From Squalus acanthias (Eukaryota): 64,000 nt of DNA. Below, one piece after another: positions 22,861 through 34,639 of this stretch. Location: the NCBI GenBank assembly GCA_030390025.1, contig JASTWF010000064.1:372001-436000 (forward strand). Reading direction: 5' to 3'. Below the pieces are notes generated by a model. That model searched no databases. It saw only the letters and a program-made list of their open reading frames with translations, and was not told where the DNA came from. A program made the translations under genes and the position numbers. Numbering within the stretch: the first letter of the stretch is position 1; every line of letters begins with the position of its first letter.

Positions 22861-24242
22861 GTTTCTCCCTCACAGGCTTCCTCTTCAAACAGATGAAGTA
22901 CTTGTAAGGAAAAAATGGAAAGAGTTGTAAAATTAATTTTAATAAAGTGAGTGGCTAGAAAATCAGGTCGGGCTATGGTGGGAAACGTGTGGTATCGGAT
23001 TGGGAACACGTCATACCCGCCTGATGAATATCACGGCCCGAGATGATTTTCTAAGAACTTTAACATTTTCACAAAGTCATACCTACAATTTTTAAAGGGC
23101 ATGGAAAAGTTAACATATAACTAATTGATATTTTCTGGCATAATTTTTTAAAACTTCAGTAAATGTTAAAGAATTCATTTTTAAACAGTCATTTTCACAT
23201 TTAAGAAAATGAAATTTAATTCAATAGAATGATTACCTTGCACACAGCAAGAGTTGCTCTTTATAACTACACTACTCAAAACAAGATCCAAAACCATTTT
23301 TAACAAATTAAAGTTGATAAAAACTTACCTCAGACTTTCTACAAAGAACTTTGCTCACTTTCACAATTAAAAATGTTCCCTTTCCAAGCCCCCTGCTGAA
23401 AAAGTTCTTCTTCCTGGAGCTTCTTCCGGTAGAATGCTGGCTGTACACCTGCTTTTACTGGGTGCAGCTGTTTCAGACGTACCTGGACTGAAGCATTTGA
23501 GAAAAAATCGGAACATTGAGCTGGTAGCGCTGCCTATCCTGCGCATGCGTTTGATCTGTCAAAGCCCTTTCTTGACAGATCGGAAATGCCGGTTTCCAGC
23601 GCATGCGCTGTGCATGCCTGAAACCGGCATTTCCGATGTCCCTATGGGTGAGTACACAGCGCGTACCCACCCGTAGGGATCGGAATATCCGGGCCAATGC
23701 CACTAAAGAGTGACAAATTCCCAGGGCCAGATGGTTTCCAGCCCAGGGTTTTAAAGTATGTAGGTGAGAACATTGCAGATGCCCTAATTCTAATCTTCCA
23801 AAGTTCTCTCGATTCAGGAACCATCCCTTTAGATTGGAAAATTGCGCATGACACTCCACTTTTTAAGAATGGTGAGAAAGGGAAACCAGAGAATTATAGA
23901 TCAGTTAGCCTAATATCTGTTGTGGTAAATTGTTAGAGTCTATAATTAAGGATAGGGTGATTGAATACTTAGAAAATGTTCAGTTGATCAGAGAGAACTG
24001 GCATGGATTTGTAAAAGGTAGGTCATGCCTGACAAACCTGACTGAATTTTTTGAGGAGGTGACTAAAGTAGTGGACAGAGGAATGTCTATGGATGTTATT
24101 TATATGGACTTCCAGAAGGCATTTGATAAAGTCCCTCATAAGAGACTGTTACCTAAGGTAGAAGCCCATGGAGTTGAGAGCAAATTATTGACCAAGTTAG
24201 GAATTCGGCTGAGCGGCAGGAGAGAGAGAGTAGGGATAATGG

Positions 24243-26263
24243 AGGTCTAGCAGCTAGCCGACAACCACGACGTGCGTGGATTCTTTAAGACCACCTACGG
24301 CCCAAGCACCCATGCTCCTACCCCACTGTGGGCCAAGAATGGAGAGGTAGTCATCAAGGACAGAGAGGCAGTCAGTGCTCGCTGGAAGGAGCACTTCGAA
24401 GATCTCCTTAACCGAGACTCTGTCTTCAATGCGAGTGTCCTCAACTCCATCCCGCAGCATGCTACCCGTCACCACCTCAGCACAATCCCAGCCCGGCATG
24501 AGGTTGAAAAGGCCATCCGACAACTGAAGAACAACAAGGCCTCAGGAGCAGATGGAATCCCCGCCGAGACACTAAAGCATGGTGGAGAAGCACTATTGGC
24601 GTGAATACATGAACTCATTTCTCTTATTTGGAAGGAGGAGAGCATGCCAGCAGATCTCAGAGACACCGTAATCGTGTCCATCTTCAAGAAAGATGACAAG
24701 TCCGATTGTGGTAATTACAGTGGAGTTTCCCTGCTGTCTGCCACAGGGAAAGTCATTGCAAGAATCCTCCTCAATCGCCTTCTCCCAGTGGCTGAAGAGC
24801 TCCTTCCAGAGTCGCAATATGGATTCCGCCCACTAAGGGGCACAATGGACATGATCTTCACTGCGCGTCAAATACAAGAGAAATGCAGGGAACAGCACCA
24901 ACTGCTGTACATGGGCTTCTTTGACCTCACAAAGGCCTTCGACACTGAGGGATTATGGAGTGTCCTCCTCAAATTCGGCTGCCCTCAAACGTTTGTCACC
25001 TCTGCCTGCTTCACGATGACATGCAAGCCATGATCCTGACCAACGGATCCACCACAGACCCAATTCACATACGGACCGGAGTCAAGCAAGGCTGTGTCAT
25101 CGCATCAATGCTCTTCTCGATCTTCCTGGCTGCAATGCTCCATCTCACCCTCAGTAAGCTCCCCGCTGGAGTAGAGATAATTTACAGAACAAACGGGAAA
25201 CTGTTCAACCTCCGTCGCCTCCAGCCCAGATCCAAGGTTGTCCCATCCTCTGTCATCAAATTACAGTATGCAGACGACGCTTGCGTCTGCGCACACTCTG
25301 AGGTCAACCTCCAAACCATCGTCAACACCTTCACCAAAGCGTACGAGAACATGGGCATTACACTAAACATGCATAAGACAAAGGTCCTCTACCAACCTGC
25401 CCCCGCCACACATTACTGCTCCCCGATTATCAAAATCCATGATGAGGCCTTGACAACGTGGACCACTTTCCATACCTCAGGAGCCTACTGTCAACAAGGG
25501 CAGACGTCGATGACGAAGTCCAACACCGCCTTCAGTGTGCCAGTGCAGCCTTCGTTCGCCTGAGGAAGAGAGTGTTTGAAGATCAGGACATCAAACCTGG
25601 CACCAAGCTCATGGTCTACAGAGCAGTAGTGATACCCGCCCTCCTGTATGCTTCAGAGACATGGACCATGTACAGCAGGCACCTCAAAGCACTGGAGAGG
25701 TACCACCAACGCTGCCTCCGCAAGATCCTGCAAATCCACTGGCAGGATAGGCGCACCAACGTCAGTGTTCTCATTCAGGCCAACATCCCCAGTATCAAAG
25801 CTTTGACCACGCTCGATCAGCTCCGATGGACGGGCCACATCGTCTGCATGCCCGATCCGAGACTCCCAAAACAAGCGCTCTACTCGGAGCTCTGACACGG
25901 CAAGAGAGCCCCAGGTGGGCAGAGGAAATGCTTCAAGAACACCCTCAAAGCCTCCTTGAAAAAGTGCAACATTCCCACCGACACCTGGGAATTCCTGGCC
26001 CAAGACCGCTCAAAGTGGAGGAGAAGCATCCGGGAAGGCGCCGAACACCTCGACTCTCTTCGCCGGGAGCAAGCGGAAGCCAAGTGCAAGCAGCGGAAGG
26101 AGTGCACGTCAACCCAAGCACCCCACCCACCCGCCCCTTCAACCACCATCTGCCCCACCTGTGACAGAGACTGTAGGTCCCGCATTGGACTCATCAGTCA
26201 CCTGCAAACTCATTTTTAGTGTGGAAGCAAGTCATCTTCCGTTCCGAGGGACTGTCTAAGAAG
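24243..26263 (+). mobile_element. RTE-clade (BovB-like) LINE, 5'-truncated, frameshifted
   Basis: NNKASGADGIPAE, GVKQGCVI, LQYADD, HFPYL, C-terminal CPTC...H; (AAG) tail; short AATGG duplication. Confidence 0.85.
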
Positions 26264-26405
26264 AATGGGTAGGTACTCAAATTAGCAGGATGTGACTAGT
26301 GGTGTCCCGCAGGGATCACTGTTGGGGTCTCAACTATTCACAATATTTATTAACGACTTAGATGATGTCATATATCTAAATTTACCGATGACACAAAGAT
26401 AGGCG

Positions 26406-26473
26406 ATCGATAGCTCCGAAAGCTTGTGATTTCAAATAAAACTGTTGGACTATAACCTGGTGTTGTGCGACCT
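26406..26473 (+). mobile_element. 68-bp Penelope-like element 3' stub
   Basis: GCTCCGAAAGCTTGT...AATAAA...GTTGGACTATAACCTGGTGTTGTGCGAC shared with 46782-46840; 14-bp TSD CACAAAGATAGGCG. Confidence 0.75.
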
Positions 26474-27347
26474 CACAAAGATAGGCGGCATTGTAGATGA
26501 AAGTGTAAAATTACAAAGGGATATCGACAGATTAAGTGACTGGGCAAAACTGTGGCAAATGGATTTCAATGTAAGCAAATGTGAGGTCATCCACTTTGGA
26601 CCTAAAAAGGATAGAACAGGGTACTTTCTAAATGGTGAAAGGCTAAAAACAGTGGCTGTCCAAAGAGACTTGGGGGTACAGGTACATAGATCATTAAAAT
26701 GTCATGAACAGGTACAGAAAATAATCAAAAAAACTTTATATCTAGAGGACTAGAATACAAGGGGGTAGAAGTTATGCTGCAGCTATACAAAGCCCTGATT
26801 AGACCACACCTGGAGCACTGTGAGCAGTTCTGGGCACCACACCTCAGGAAGGATATATTGACCTTGGAGAAAGTGCAGCGCAGGTTTACCAGAATGATAC
26901 CCAGACTTCAAGGTTTAAGTTACGAGGAGCGATTACACAAACTAGGGTTGTATTCCCTGGAATTTAGAATTTAGGGTGATCTTATCGAAGTTTTCAAGAT
27001 ATTAAGGGGAACAGATAGGATAGATAGAGATAAACTATTTCCACTGGTTGGGGATTCTAGAACTAGGGGACATAGTCTAAAAATTAGAGCCAGACCTTTC
27101 AGGAGTGAAATTAGGAAACACTTCTACACACAAAGGGTGATAGAAGTTTGGAACTCTCTTCCGCAAACGGCAATTGATGCTAAATCAATTGTTAATTTTA
27201 AATCGGAGATTGATAGCTTTTTGTTAACCAAAGGTATTAAAGGATATGGGCCAAAGGCAGGTATATGGAGTTAGATCGCAGATCAGCCATGATCTCATTG
27301 AATGATGGAACAGGCCCGAGGGGCTGAATGGCCTCCTCCTGTTCCTA

Positions 27348-27500
27348 TGACTCAGACCCCTGTTGCTAAGAGACGGCTTCACATCCCAGTTACTGGGAGT
27401 TTCCTGTGGAGATAATGGGGGAGGGGCTGACTGAGGGGGCTGTCCAATGAGAATTAGACTCAGCAGGACGTCACTGTTACCAGGCAGAATAACCGGCAAT
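27348..27500 (-). promoter_or_regulatory. Candidate distal MHC-type X1-X2-Y enhancer or promoter with kB, RFX and AP-1 sites
   Basis: Minus strand: CCTGGTAAC (27484-27476), TGACGTC (27473-27467), CTCATTGG (27451-27444), GTCTCTTAGCAAC (27374-27362). Plus strand: GGGAGTTTCC 27395-27404, TGACTCA 27348-27354. Confidence 0.6.
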
Positions 27501-27544
27501 GTTTACATCTGTCGCCCAGCTCATTTCATTGAAAGAAGTACAGG

Positions 27545-27834
27545 GTGAAAGAGGGAGAGAGAGAGTGAAAGCGAGGAGAGTGAAAGCGAGGAGAGTGAAA
27601 GAGAGAGAGAGAGTGAAAGAGAGAGAGAGAGACAGAGAGAGTGAAACGGAGAGTGAAAGAGGAGTGAAACGGAGAGTGAAAGAGAGGAGTGAAAGAGAGA
27701 GAGTGAAAGAGAGAGTGAAAGAGAGAGAGGGAGTGAAAGAGAGAGAGACAGAGAGTGAAACGGAGAGTGAAAGAGGAGTGAAACAGGGAGAGTGAAAGAG
27801 AGGAGTGAAACAGGGAGAGTGAAAGAGAGGAGTG
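27545..27834. repeat. GA-rich simple repeat
   Basis: (GAGAGTGAAA)n-like. Confidence 0.9.
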
Positions 27835-27964
27835 NNNNNNNNNNNNNNNNNNNNNNNNNNNNNNNNNNNNNNNNNNNNNNNNNNNNNNNNNNNNNNNNNN
27901 NNNNNNNNNNNNNNNNNNNNNNNNNNNNNNNNNNNNNNNNNNNNNNNNNNNNNNNNNNNNNNNN
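27835..27964. other. Assembly gap (130 N)
   Basis: Run of N. Confidence 1.
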
Positions 27965-29690
27965 CCTAGATGAAGGGACCGAGTGCAATGTATCCAAGTT
28001 TGCTGACGATACAAAGCTCGGTGGGACAGTAAGCTGTGAGGAGAACACATGGGGGGAGAAATTCAGTTGCTTTGTGCCTCCCGTTAGTGCCCTAAGAGGG
28101 TCTAACGGGGCACAAAGCAACTAGCGCCCGGGCATGGCGCCGCCAACGCCTCCCGCGAAATTCAGCGGGAGGTTAGTGGCGACGGTAACTGTTTGCGCCC
28201 CACGGTGTTGCGCCGCCGGCGATGACATCATCGCCGTGCACAGCGCCCCGCTCGCGCCCCAGTCGCGATCTTCGGTAGCGCCCCCTGACTTACGCCGGAC
28301 GCTATGTCCAATGGGGTCAGGGGGGCCTACCTGCGGTCGGGGCGGCGCTAATTAAAGGCGCAGTTCCAGGCGGCCATTTTTGCTGCTGGCCGCCTGCCAG
28401 CACTTGCCCCCGTTGCCGTCCCTGGCCTCCTCAGCACACCTCCCCCCCCACGGAGTACCGGCTGCGCTCCGTGAGCCCGGCACTTCTCTTGAGTGCCGGG
28501 CTCTTTTGCCGGCTCTCTGATCCCAGTGGCCCAGCTGGGCCCCGGGTGCTGCTGCGCAAGGCCCCTCCCCTTTAGGAAGGGGAGGAAGGCCTGCAATACC
28601 GCGGCACGACGTATCACAGCGCATGGCGCTGCGGCACTTAGCACGTCGATATTCCCTCGCAGCGCCCCAAGAGGGAGGCGGGACGCTTCCAGTAGCGCCC
28701 TGCTTCCCTCTAGGGGCGCTACCGATGAATTTCGGCCACGGGGGCGCTAATTTTTTCGGGGTGCTAAAAGTAGCGCCCCGGTGAAGTTAGCGCCCCAAAG
28801 GGAGCGCGACTCAAATTTTCCCCCAAAGGGATATAGATAAACTAAGTGAGTGGGCAGTAAGGTGGCAGATGGAGTATAATGTAGGGAAATGAGGTTATTC
28901 ACTTTAGTAGGAAGAATAGAAAAACAGAATATTTTTTAAATAGTGAGAAACTTTCAAATGTTGGTGTTCAGAGATTTGGGTGTCCTCGTGCAAGAAACAC
29001 AGAAAGCTAGCATGCAGGTACAGCAAGCAATACGGAAGGCAAATGGCATGTTGGTCTTTATTGCAAAGGGGGTTGGAGTATAAGAGTAAGGAAGTCTTGC
29101 TACAATTGTACAGGGCCTTGGTGAGACCACACCTGGAGTACTGTGCACAGTTTTGGTCTCCTTATCTAAGGAAGGATATACTTGCCTTGGAGGCGGTGCA
29201 ACAAAGATTCACTAGATTGATTCCTGGGATGAGAGGGATGTCCTATGATGAGAGATTGTGTAGAATGGGCCTATACTCTCTGGAGTTTAGAAGAATGAGA
29301 GGTGATCTCATTGAAACATACAAGATTCTGAAGGGGATAAACAGAGTAGATGCTGAGAGGTTGTTTCCCCTGGCTGGAGTGTCTAGAACTAGGGGGCATA
29401 GTCTCAGGATAAGGGGTAGGCCATTTAAGACTGAGATGAGGAATTTCTTCACTCAGAGGGTTGTGAATCTCTGGAATTCTCTGCCCCAGAGGGCTGTGAA
29501 TGCTGAGTCATTGAGTATATTCAAGGCTGAGATAGATAGATTTTTTGGACTCTAGGGGAATCAAGGGATATGGAGGTCGGGCGGGAAAGTGGAGTTGAGG
29601 TCGATGATCAGCCATGATCTTATTGAATGGCAGAGCAGGCTCGAGGGGCCGTATGGCCTACTCCTGCTCTTATTTCTTATGTTCTTATGA
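27965..29690 (+). mobile_element. CR1 LINE 3' part, interrupted by a MITE
   Basis: [38 protein letters not shown] tail. Confidence 0.88.
28051..28824. mobile_element. GC-rich non-autonomous DNA transposon (Harbinger-type MITE)
   Basis: Imperfect TIRs GGGGGAGAAATTCAGTTGC / GCGACTCAAATTTTCCCCC; subterminal AGCGCCC repeats; interrupts the CR1. Confidence 0.7.
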
Positions 29691-30623
29691 AAGAGAGGAG
29701 AGAAACAGAGAGAGTGAACTTGATTGAGTTCTTTGATGAGGTAACAGAGAGGGTTGATGAGGGCAATGCAGTTGACGTAGTGTACATGGATTTCCAAAAG
29801 GCGTTTGATAAAGTGCCACATTCTTGTCAGCAAAGTTGAAGCCCATGGAATAAAAGGGACAGTGGCAGCATGGATACGAAATTGGCTAAGTGACAGGAAA
29901 CAGAGAGTAGTAGGGAACGGTTGTTTTTCGGACTGGAGGTCGGTACTAGGACCACTGCTTTTCTTGATATATATTAATGACTTGGACTTGGGTGTACAGG
30001 GCAGAATTTCAAAATTTGCAGATGACACAAAATTTGGAAGTATAGTGAACAGTGAGGAGGAGAGTGATAGACTTCAAGAGGACAAAGACAGGCTGGTGGA
30101 ATGGGTGGACACGAGGCAGATGAAATTTAACACAGAAAAGTGCGAAGTGATACACTTTGGTAGGAAGAATGAGGAGAGGCAATATAAACTAAAAAGTACA
30201 ATTCTAAAGTGGGTGCATGAACTGAGAGACCTGGGGGTATATGTGCACAAATCGTTGAAGGTGGCCGGGCAGCTGGAGAAATTGTTTAAAAAAGCATACG
30301 AGATCCTGGGCTTTATAAATAGAGGCATAGAGTACAAAAGCAAGGAAGTTATGATGAACCTTTATAAAAAACTGGTTCGGCTTCAACTGGAGTATTGTGT
30401 CTAATTCTGGGCACCGCACTTTAGGAAGGATGTGAAGGCCTTAGAGAGGATGCAGAAAAGATTTACGAGAATGGTTCCAGGGATGAGGGACTTCAGTTAC
30501 GTGGATAGACTGGAGAAGCTGGGGTTGTTCTCCTTAGAGCAAAGAAGATTGAGAGGAGAAATAACAACAGAAAACGCTGGAAAAACTCAGCAGGCCAGGC
30601 AGCATCCATGGAGAGAGAAACAG

Positions 30624-30660
30624 AGTTAACGTTTCAGGTTGAAGACCTTTCGTCAGAACT
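30624..30660 (-). ncRNA. Minimal type I hammerhead ribozyme (inverted pLTR copy)
   Basis: AGTT-CTGACGA-AAGGTCTTCAACCT-GAAA-CG-TT-AACT on the minus strand. Confidence 0.7.
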
Positions 30661-31377
30661 GTGTCTACTGTGGTTGACATGGCCCTCGACCGTGTCCGTT
30701 CTATCTCCCGCACTTCTGCCCCCACCCCTGCCCCTCCCTCCCGGAACCACGATAGAGTTCCCCTTGTCCTCACCTTTCACCCCACCAGCCTCCACATTCA
30801 ACGGATCAGCCTCCGCCATTTCCGCCACCTCCAGCGTGATCCCACCACCAAACGCATCTTCCCCTCACCTCCCCTTTCAGCATTCCGCAGGGACCGCTCC
30901 CTCCGCGACACCCTAGTCCACTCCTCTACCACCCCCAGCACCCCTTCCCCTTCGCCCGACACCTTCCCGTGCAAGCGCAGGAGATGCAACACATGCCCTT
31001 ATACCTCCCCTCTTCCCACTGTCCAGGGCCCCAAACACCCCTTCCAGGTGAAACAGCGATTTACTTGTACTTCCTGCAATTTAGTATACTGTATTCGCTG
31101 CTCACGATGTGGTCTCCTCTACATTGGGGAGACCAAACGCAGATTGGGTGACCGCTTTGCGGAACACCTCCATTCAGTCCGTAAGGGGGACCCCGAGCTC
31201 CCGGTGTCCTGTCACTTTAATTCTCCGCTCCACTCCCACTCTGACCTCACCATCCTCGGCCTATTACACTGTTCCACGGAAGCTCAGCATAAGCTCGAGG
31301 AACAGCACCTCAACTTTCGATTGGGCACTCTACAACCCTTTGGACTCAACATCGAGTTCAACAATTTTAGATCATAA
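30661..31377 (+). pseudogene. Penelope polyprotein C-terminal fragment (thumb/linker + GIY-YIG endonuclease)
   Basis: RVPLVLTFHP, CKRRRCNTC, NLVYCIRC...LYIGETKRRLGDRFAEH, GLN. Confidence 0.85.
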
Positions 31378-31655
31378 CCTCAGCCCCTATCACATTTATA
31401 TTTTATTTTTCATCCACCCTTTTGTTTGCCCCCCCCTCCCTTTTTTTCCTCCTAGCAGCTGGCAGCTGTCCTGCATTCTGCCTGTGCATTTCACACTTCT
31501 TTTAGCCTCAACCTGTTACATCAACACCTCCTCTTGCCTTGAATATCTCTTAATGTCTCTTAATGTCTCTTAATGTCTCCTTTTGTTCTTTCATCCCCTC
31601 CCCCTTTTCCCAGCTTTATCCTTGCCTTAAATCTATTTCATTTCCTGCTATTTCC

Positions 31656-31692
31656 AGTTCTGACGAAAGGTCTTCGACCTGAAACGTTAACT
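31656..31692 (+). ncRNA. Minimal type I hammerhead ribozyme in the Penelope pLTR
   Basis: Stem I AGTT/AACT, core CTGACGA, stem II AGGTC-TTC-GACCT, GAAA, palindromic stem III (AACGTT). Confidence 0.8.
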
Positions 31693-32214
31693 CTGTTTCT
31701 CTCTCCACGGATGCTGCCTGGCCTGCTGAGTTTTTCCAGCGTTTTCTGTTGTTATTTCGGATTTCCAGCATCCGCAGTATTTTGCTATCGTAAGATTGAG
31801 AGGAGATTTGATGGAAGTGTTCAAAATCAGGAGGGGTCTGGACAGCGTAGATAGAGAGAAACTGTTCCCATTGGCAGAAGGGTCGAGAACCCGAGGACGC
31901 AGATTTAAGGTGATTGGCAAAAGAACCAAAGGCGACGTAAGAAAAAACTTTTTTACGCAGCGAGTGGTTAGGATCTAGAATTCACTGCCTGAAAGGGAGG
32001 TGGAGGCAGATTGAATCACGACTTTCAAAAGGGAGTTGGATAAGTACCTGAAAGAAATTTTTTTGCAGGGCTACAGGGAAAGGGCAGGGGAGTGGGACTA
32101 GCTGAGTTGCTCTTGCAAGCAGCCGGCACGGGCTCGACGGGACGAATGGCCTCCTTCCGTGCTGTAACCATTCTATGATTCTATGATGAATTCCATTCCC
32201 AGCCACCAACTCCA

Positions 32215-33490
32215 TCCCTCTCCCTGGTCATTGTCTGAGGGTAAACCAGACCGTTCACAACCTTGGCATCCTATGTGTCAGCTGTGGCTCAGTGGGTAGC
32301 ACACTCACCTCTGAGTCAGAAGGTTTTGGGTTCAAGTCCCACTCAAGGGACTTGAGCACAGTAAAGCTAGGCTGATACTCCAGTGCAGTGCTGAGGGAGT
32401 GCTGCACTGTCAGAGGTGCCATCATTCGGATGCAACGTTAAACTGAGGCCCCGTCTCCTCTCTCAGGTGGATGTAAAAGATCCTATGACACTATTTCGAA
32501 GAAGGTGTCCTGGCCAACATTTGTCCCTCAATCAACATCACTAAAACAGATTATCTGGTCATTATCACATTGCTGTTTGTGGGAGCTTGCTGAGCGCAAA
32601 TTGGCTGCTGCGTTTCCCACATTGCAACAGTGACTATATGTCATTGACTGTAAAGCGCTTTGAGGTGGTTGTGAAAGGCGCTATATAAATGCAAGTCTTT
32701 CTTTTTATTTGACCCCGAGATGAGCTTCCGACCACATATCTGTGCCATCACCAAGTCCGCCTATTTCCACCTCTGTAGCATCGCCCGACCCTGCCTCAGC
32801 TCATCTGTTGCTGAAACCCTCATCCGTGCCTTTGTTACCTCTAGACTTGACTATTCAAATGCTATGTTAGCCAGACTCCCATCTTCCGCCCTACATAAAC
32901 TTGAGTTCATCCAAAACTCTGCTGCCCGTGTCCTAACTCGCACCAAGTCCCGTTCACCCATCACCCCTGTACTCACTGACCTACATTGGCTCCTGGTTCG
33001 GCAACGCCTCGATTTTAAAATTCTCATCCTTGTTGTTTTCAAATCCCGCCACAACCTCGCCCCTCCCCATCACTGTAACCTCCTCCAGCCCTACAACCCT
33101 CTGAGATCCAATTCTAGCCTCTAGCACATCACAATATTAATCGCTCCACCATTGGCTGCCGTGCCTTCAGTTGCCTAGGCTCTGGAATTCCCTCCCTACA
33201 CCTCTCCGCCTCTCTCTCCTTATATAAAACACTCCTTTAAAACCTACCTAGTATATTCCAGACAGAGGTCGATAATGCTTTTGGGAATTAAGGGATATGG
33301 GGATAGTGTGGGGGAGTTGAGGTAGAAGATCAGCCATGATCTTGTTAAATGGCGGAGCAGGCTCGAAGGGCCAACTGGCCTACTCCAGCACCTATTTCTT
33401 ATGTACCTCTTTGACCAAGTTTTTGGTCACCTGTCCTAATATCTCCTTATGTGGCTTGGTATTAAATTTTGTTTGATAATGCTCCTCTCT
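32215..33490 (+). mobile_element. L2 LINE 3' fragment (interrupted by the SINE and a short CR1 tail)
   Basis: AFVTSRLDYSN...IQNSAARVLT...ITPVLTDLHWL motifs. Confidence 0.8.
32275..32706 (+). mobile_element. tRNA-derived SINE (DeuSINE/SacSINE1-like)
   Basis: TGGCTCAGTGGG A-box, GGTTCAAGTCC B-box, AAGGCGCTATATAAATGCAAGTCTTT tail. Confidence 0.8.
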
Positions 33491-33579
33491 TTCATTGTCC
33501 CTATTTCATCCCTCTCCTTCACCCTGTTTCATTCTCTCTTCCATTGTGTCTGTTTCATCCTCTCTTTCAGTCTCCCTAA

Positions 33580-34610
33580 TAGCAATGAATAGTCAGCATG
33601 GATTTCAAAAGGGAAAGTCTTGCTTGACCAACCACATTGAATTTTTTGAAGAGGTAAAAGAGAGAGTAGACAAGGGTAATGCAGTAGATGTAATTTATCT
33701 AGATTTTCAAAAGGTCTTCGATAAGGTACCACATCATAGACTAATGAATAAGGTCAGAGAAAGGATCAGTGCTGGGACCACTGTTGTTCACAATTTATAT
33801 TAATGATTTAGACTTTGGAATCAAAAACACAATTTCTAAATTTGCGGATGACACCAAATTGGGGGGGATAGTCAATACTGAGGAGGACCGCAACAAATTA
33901 CAGGAGGACATTAATAAACTTGCAGAATGGGCATATAATTGGCAAATGAAATTCAACACAGATAAATGTGAAGTATTACATTTTGGTAGGAAGAATAGGG
34001 AGGTCAATTATTACTTGGGGGGGTGCGAGTCTGGGTGGGGTAGAGGAGCAAAGGAATCTCAGAGTACAAATACACAAGTCACGAAAATATCGACACAGGT
34101 TAGCAAGGCCATAAAAGAGCAAACCAAGCACTCGAATTTATTTCTGGAGGGATAGAATTGAAAAGTAGTGAAGTTATTCTAAACTTGTATAAAGACCACA
34201 CGTGGAGTACTGCGTACAGTTCTGGTCGCCATATTATAAAAAGGATATAGAGGCACAGGAGAGGGTGCAGAGAAGATTTACAAGGATGATCCCAGAAATT
34301 CAAGGGTATACCTATCAGGAAAGGATGAACAAGCTGAGTCTCTTTTCTCTTGAAAAAAGAAGGCTGAAGGGTGACCTAATAGAGGTCTTTAAAATTATGA
34401 AAGGTTTTGATAGAGTAGATACAGAGTGTTTCCACTTGTGGGGAAGAGCAAAATTAGAGGCCATCAATATAAGACAGTCACCAAGAAATCCAATAGGGAA
34501 TTCAGAAGAAACTTCTTCACCCAGAGAGTGGTGAGAATGTGGAACTCGCTACCACAGGGAGTGGTTGAAGTGAATAGTATAGATACATTTAAGGGGCAGT
34601 TAGATAAGCA
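33580..34610 (+). mobile_element. CR1 LINE RT fragment
   Basis: [33 protein letters not shown]. Confidence 0.85.
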
Positions 34611-34639
34611 ACATACACTTGAAAGCTGATGTGTTTTCG

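Larger units (their letters stand above)
20289..23695. mobile_element. PIF/Harbinger DNA transposon
   Basis: Perfect 15-bp TIRs GGCCCGGATATTCCG / CGGAATATCCGGGCC flanked by AAT; convergent Myb-like and transposase genes. Confidence 0.92.
19030..27348 (+). mobile_element. Degenerate CR1 LINE (5' UTR, ORF1 zinc-finger remnant, ORF2 remnants, 3' tail) hosting nested insertions
   Basis: ORF1 start AGQVVCLDC at ~19281; KSPGPDGFHPRVLK; DFQKAFDKVPH; RPHLEHCEQFWAP; colinear after removing the inserts. Confidence 0.85.
30560..31791 (+). mobile_element. Penelope-like element, 5'-truncated, with inverted partial pLTR
   Basis: GIY-YIG ORF; 30560-30660 is an inverted copy of 31655-31756; 15-bp TSD AAGATTGAGAGGAGA (30545-30559 and 31792-31806). 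Confidence 0.9.
29715..32190 (+). mobile_element. CR1 LINE RT/3' part, interrupted by a Penelope-like element
   Basis: DFQKAFDKVPH, SKFADDTK, (ATTCTATG)n tail. Confidence 0.88.

Noticed and set aside
28051-28824. CpG-island promoter or GC-rich ORFs
   Set aside because: Bounded by TIRs and interrupts a CR1 RT; a MITE
32275-32350. tRNA gene
   Set aside because: tRNA-like head of a SINE continuing into SINE body and tail
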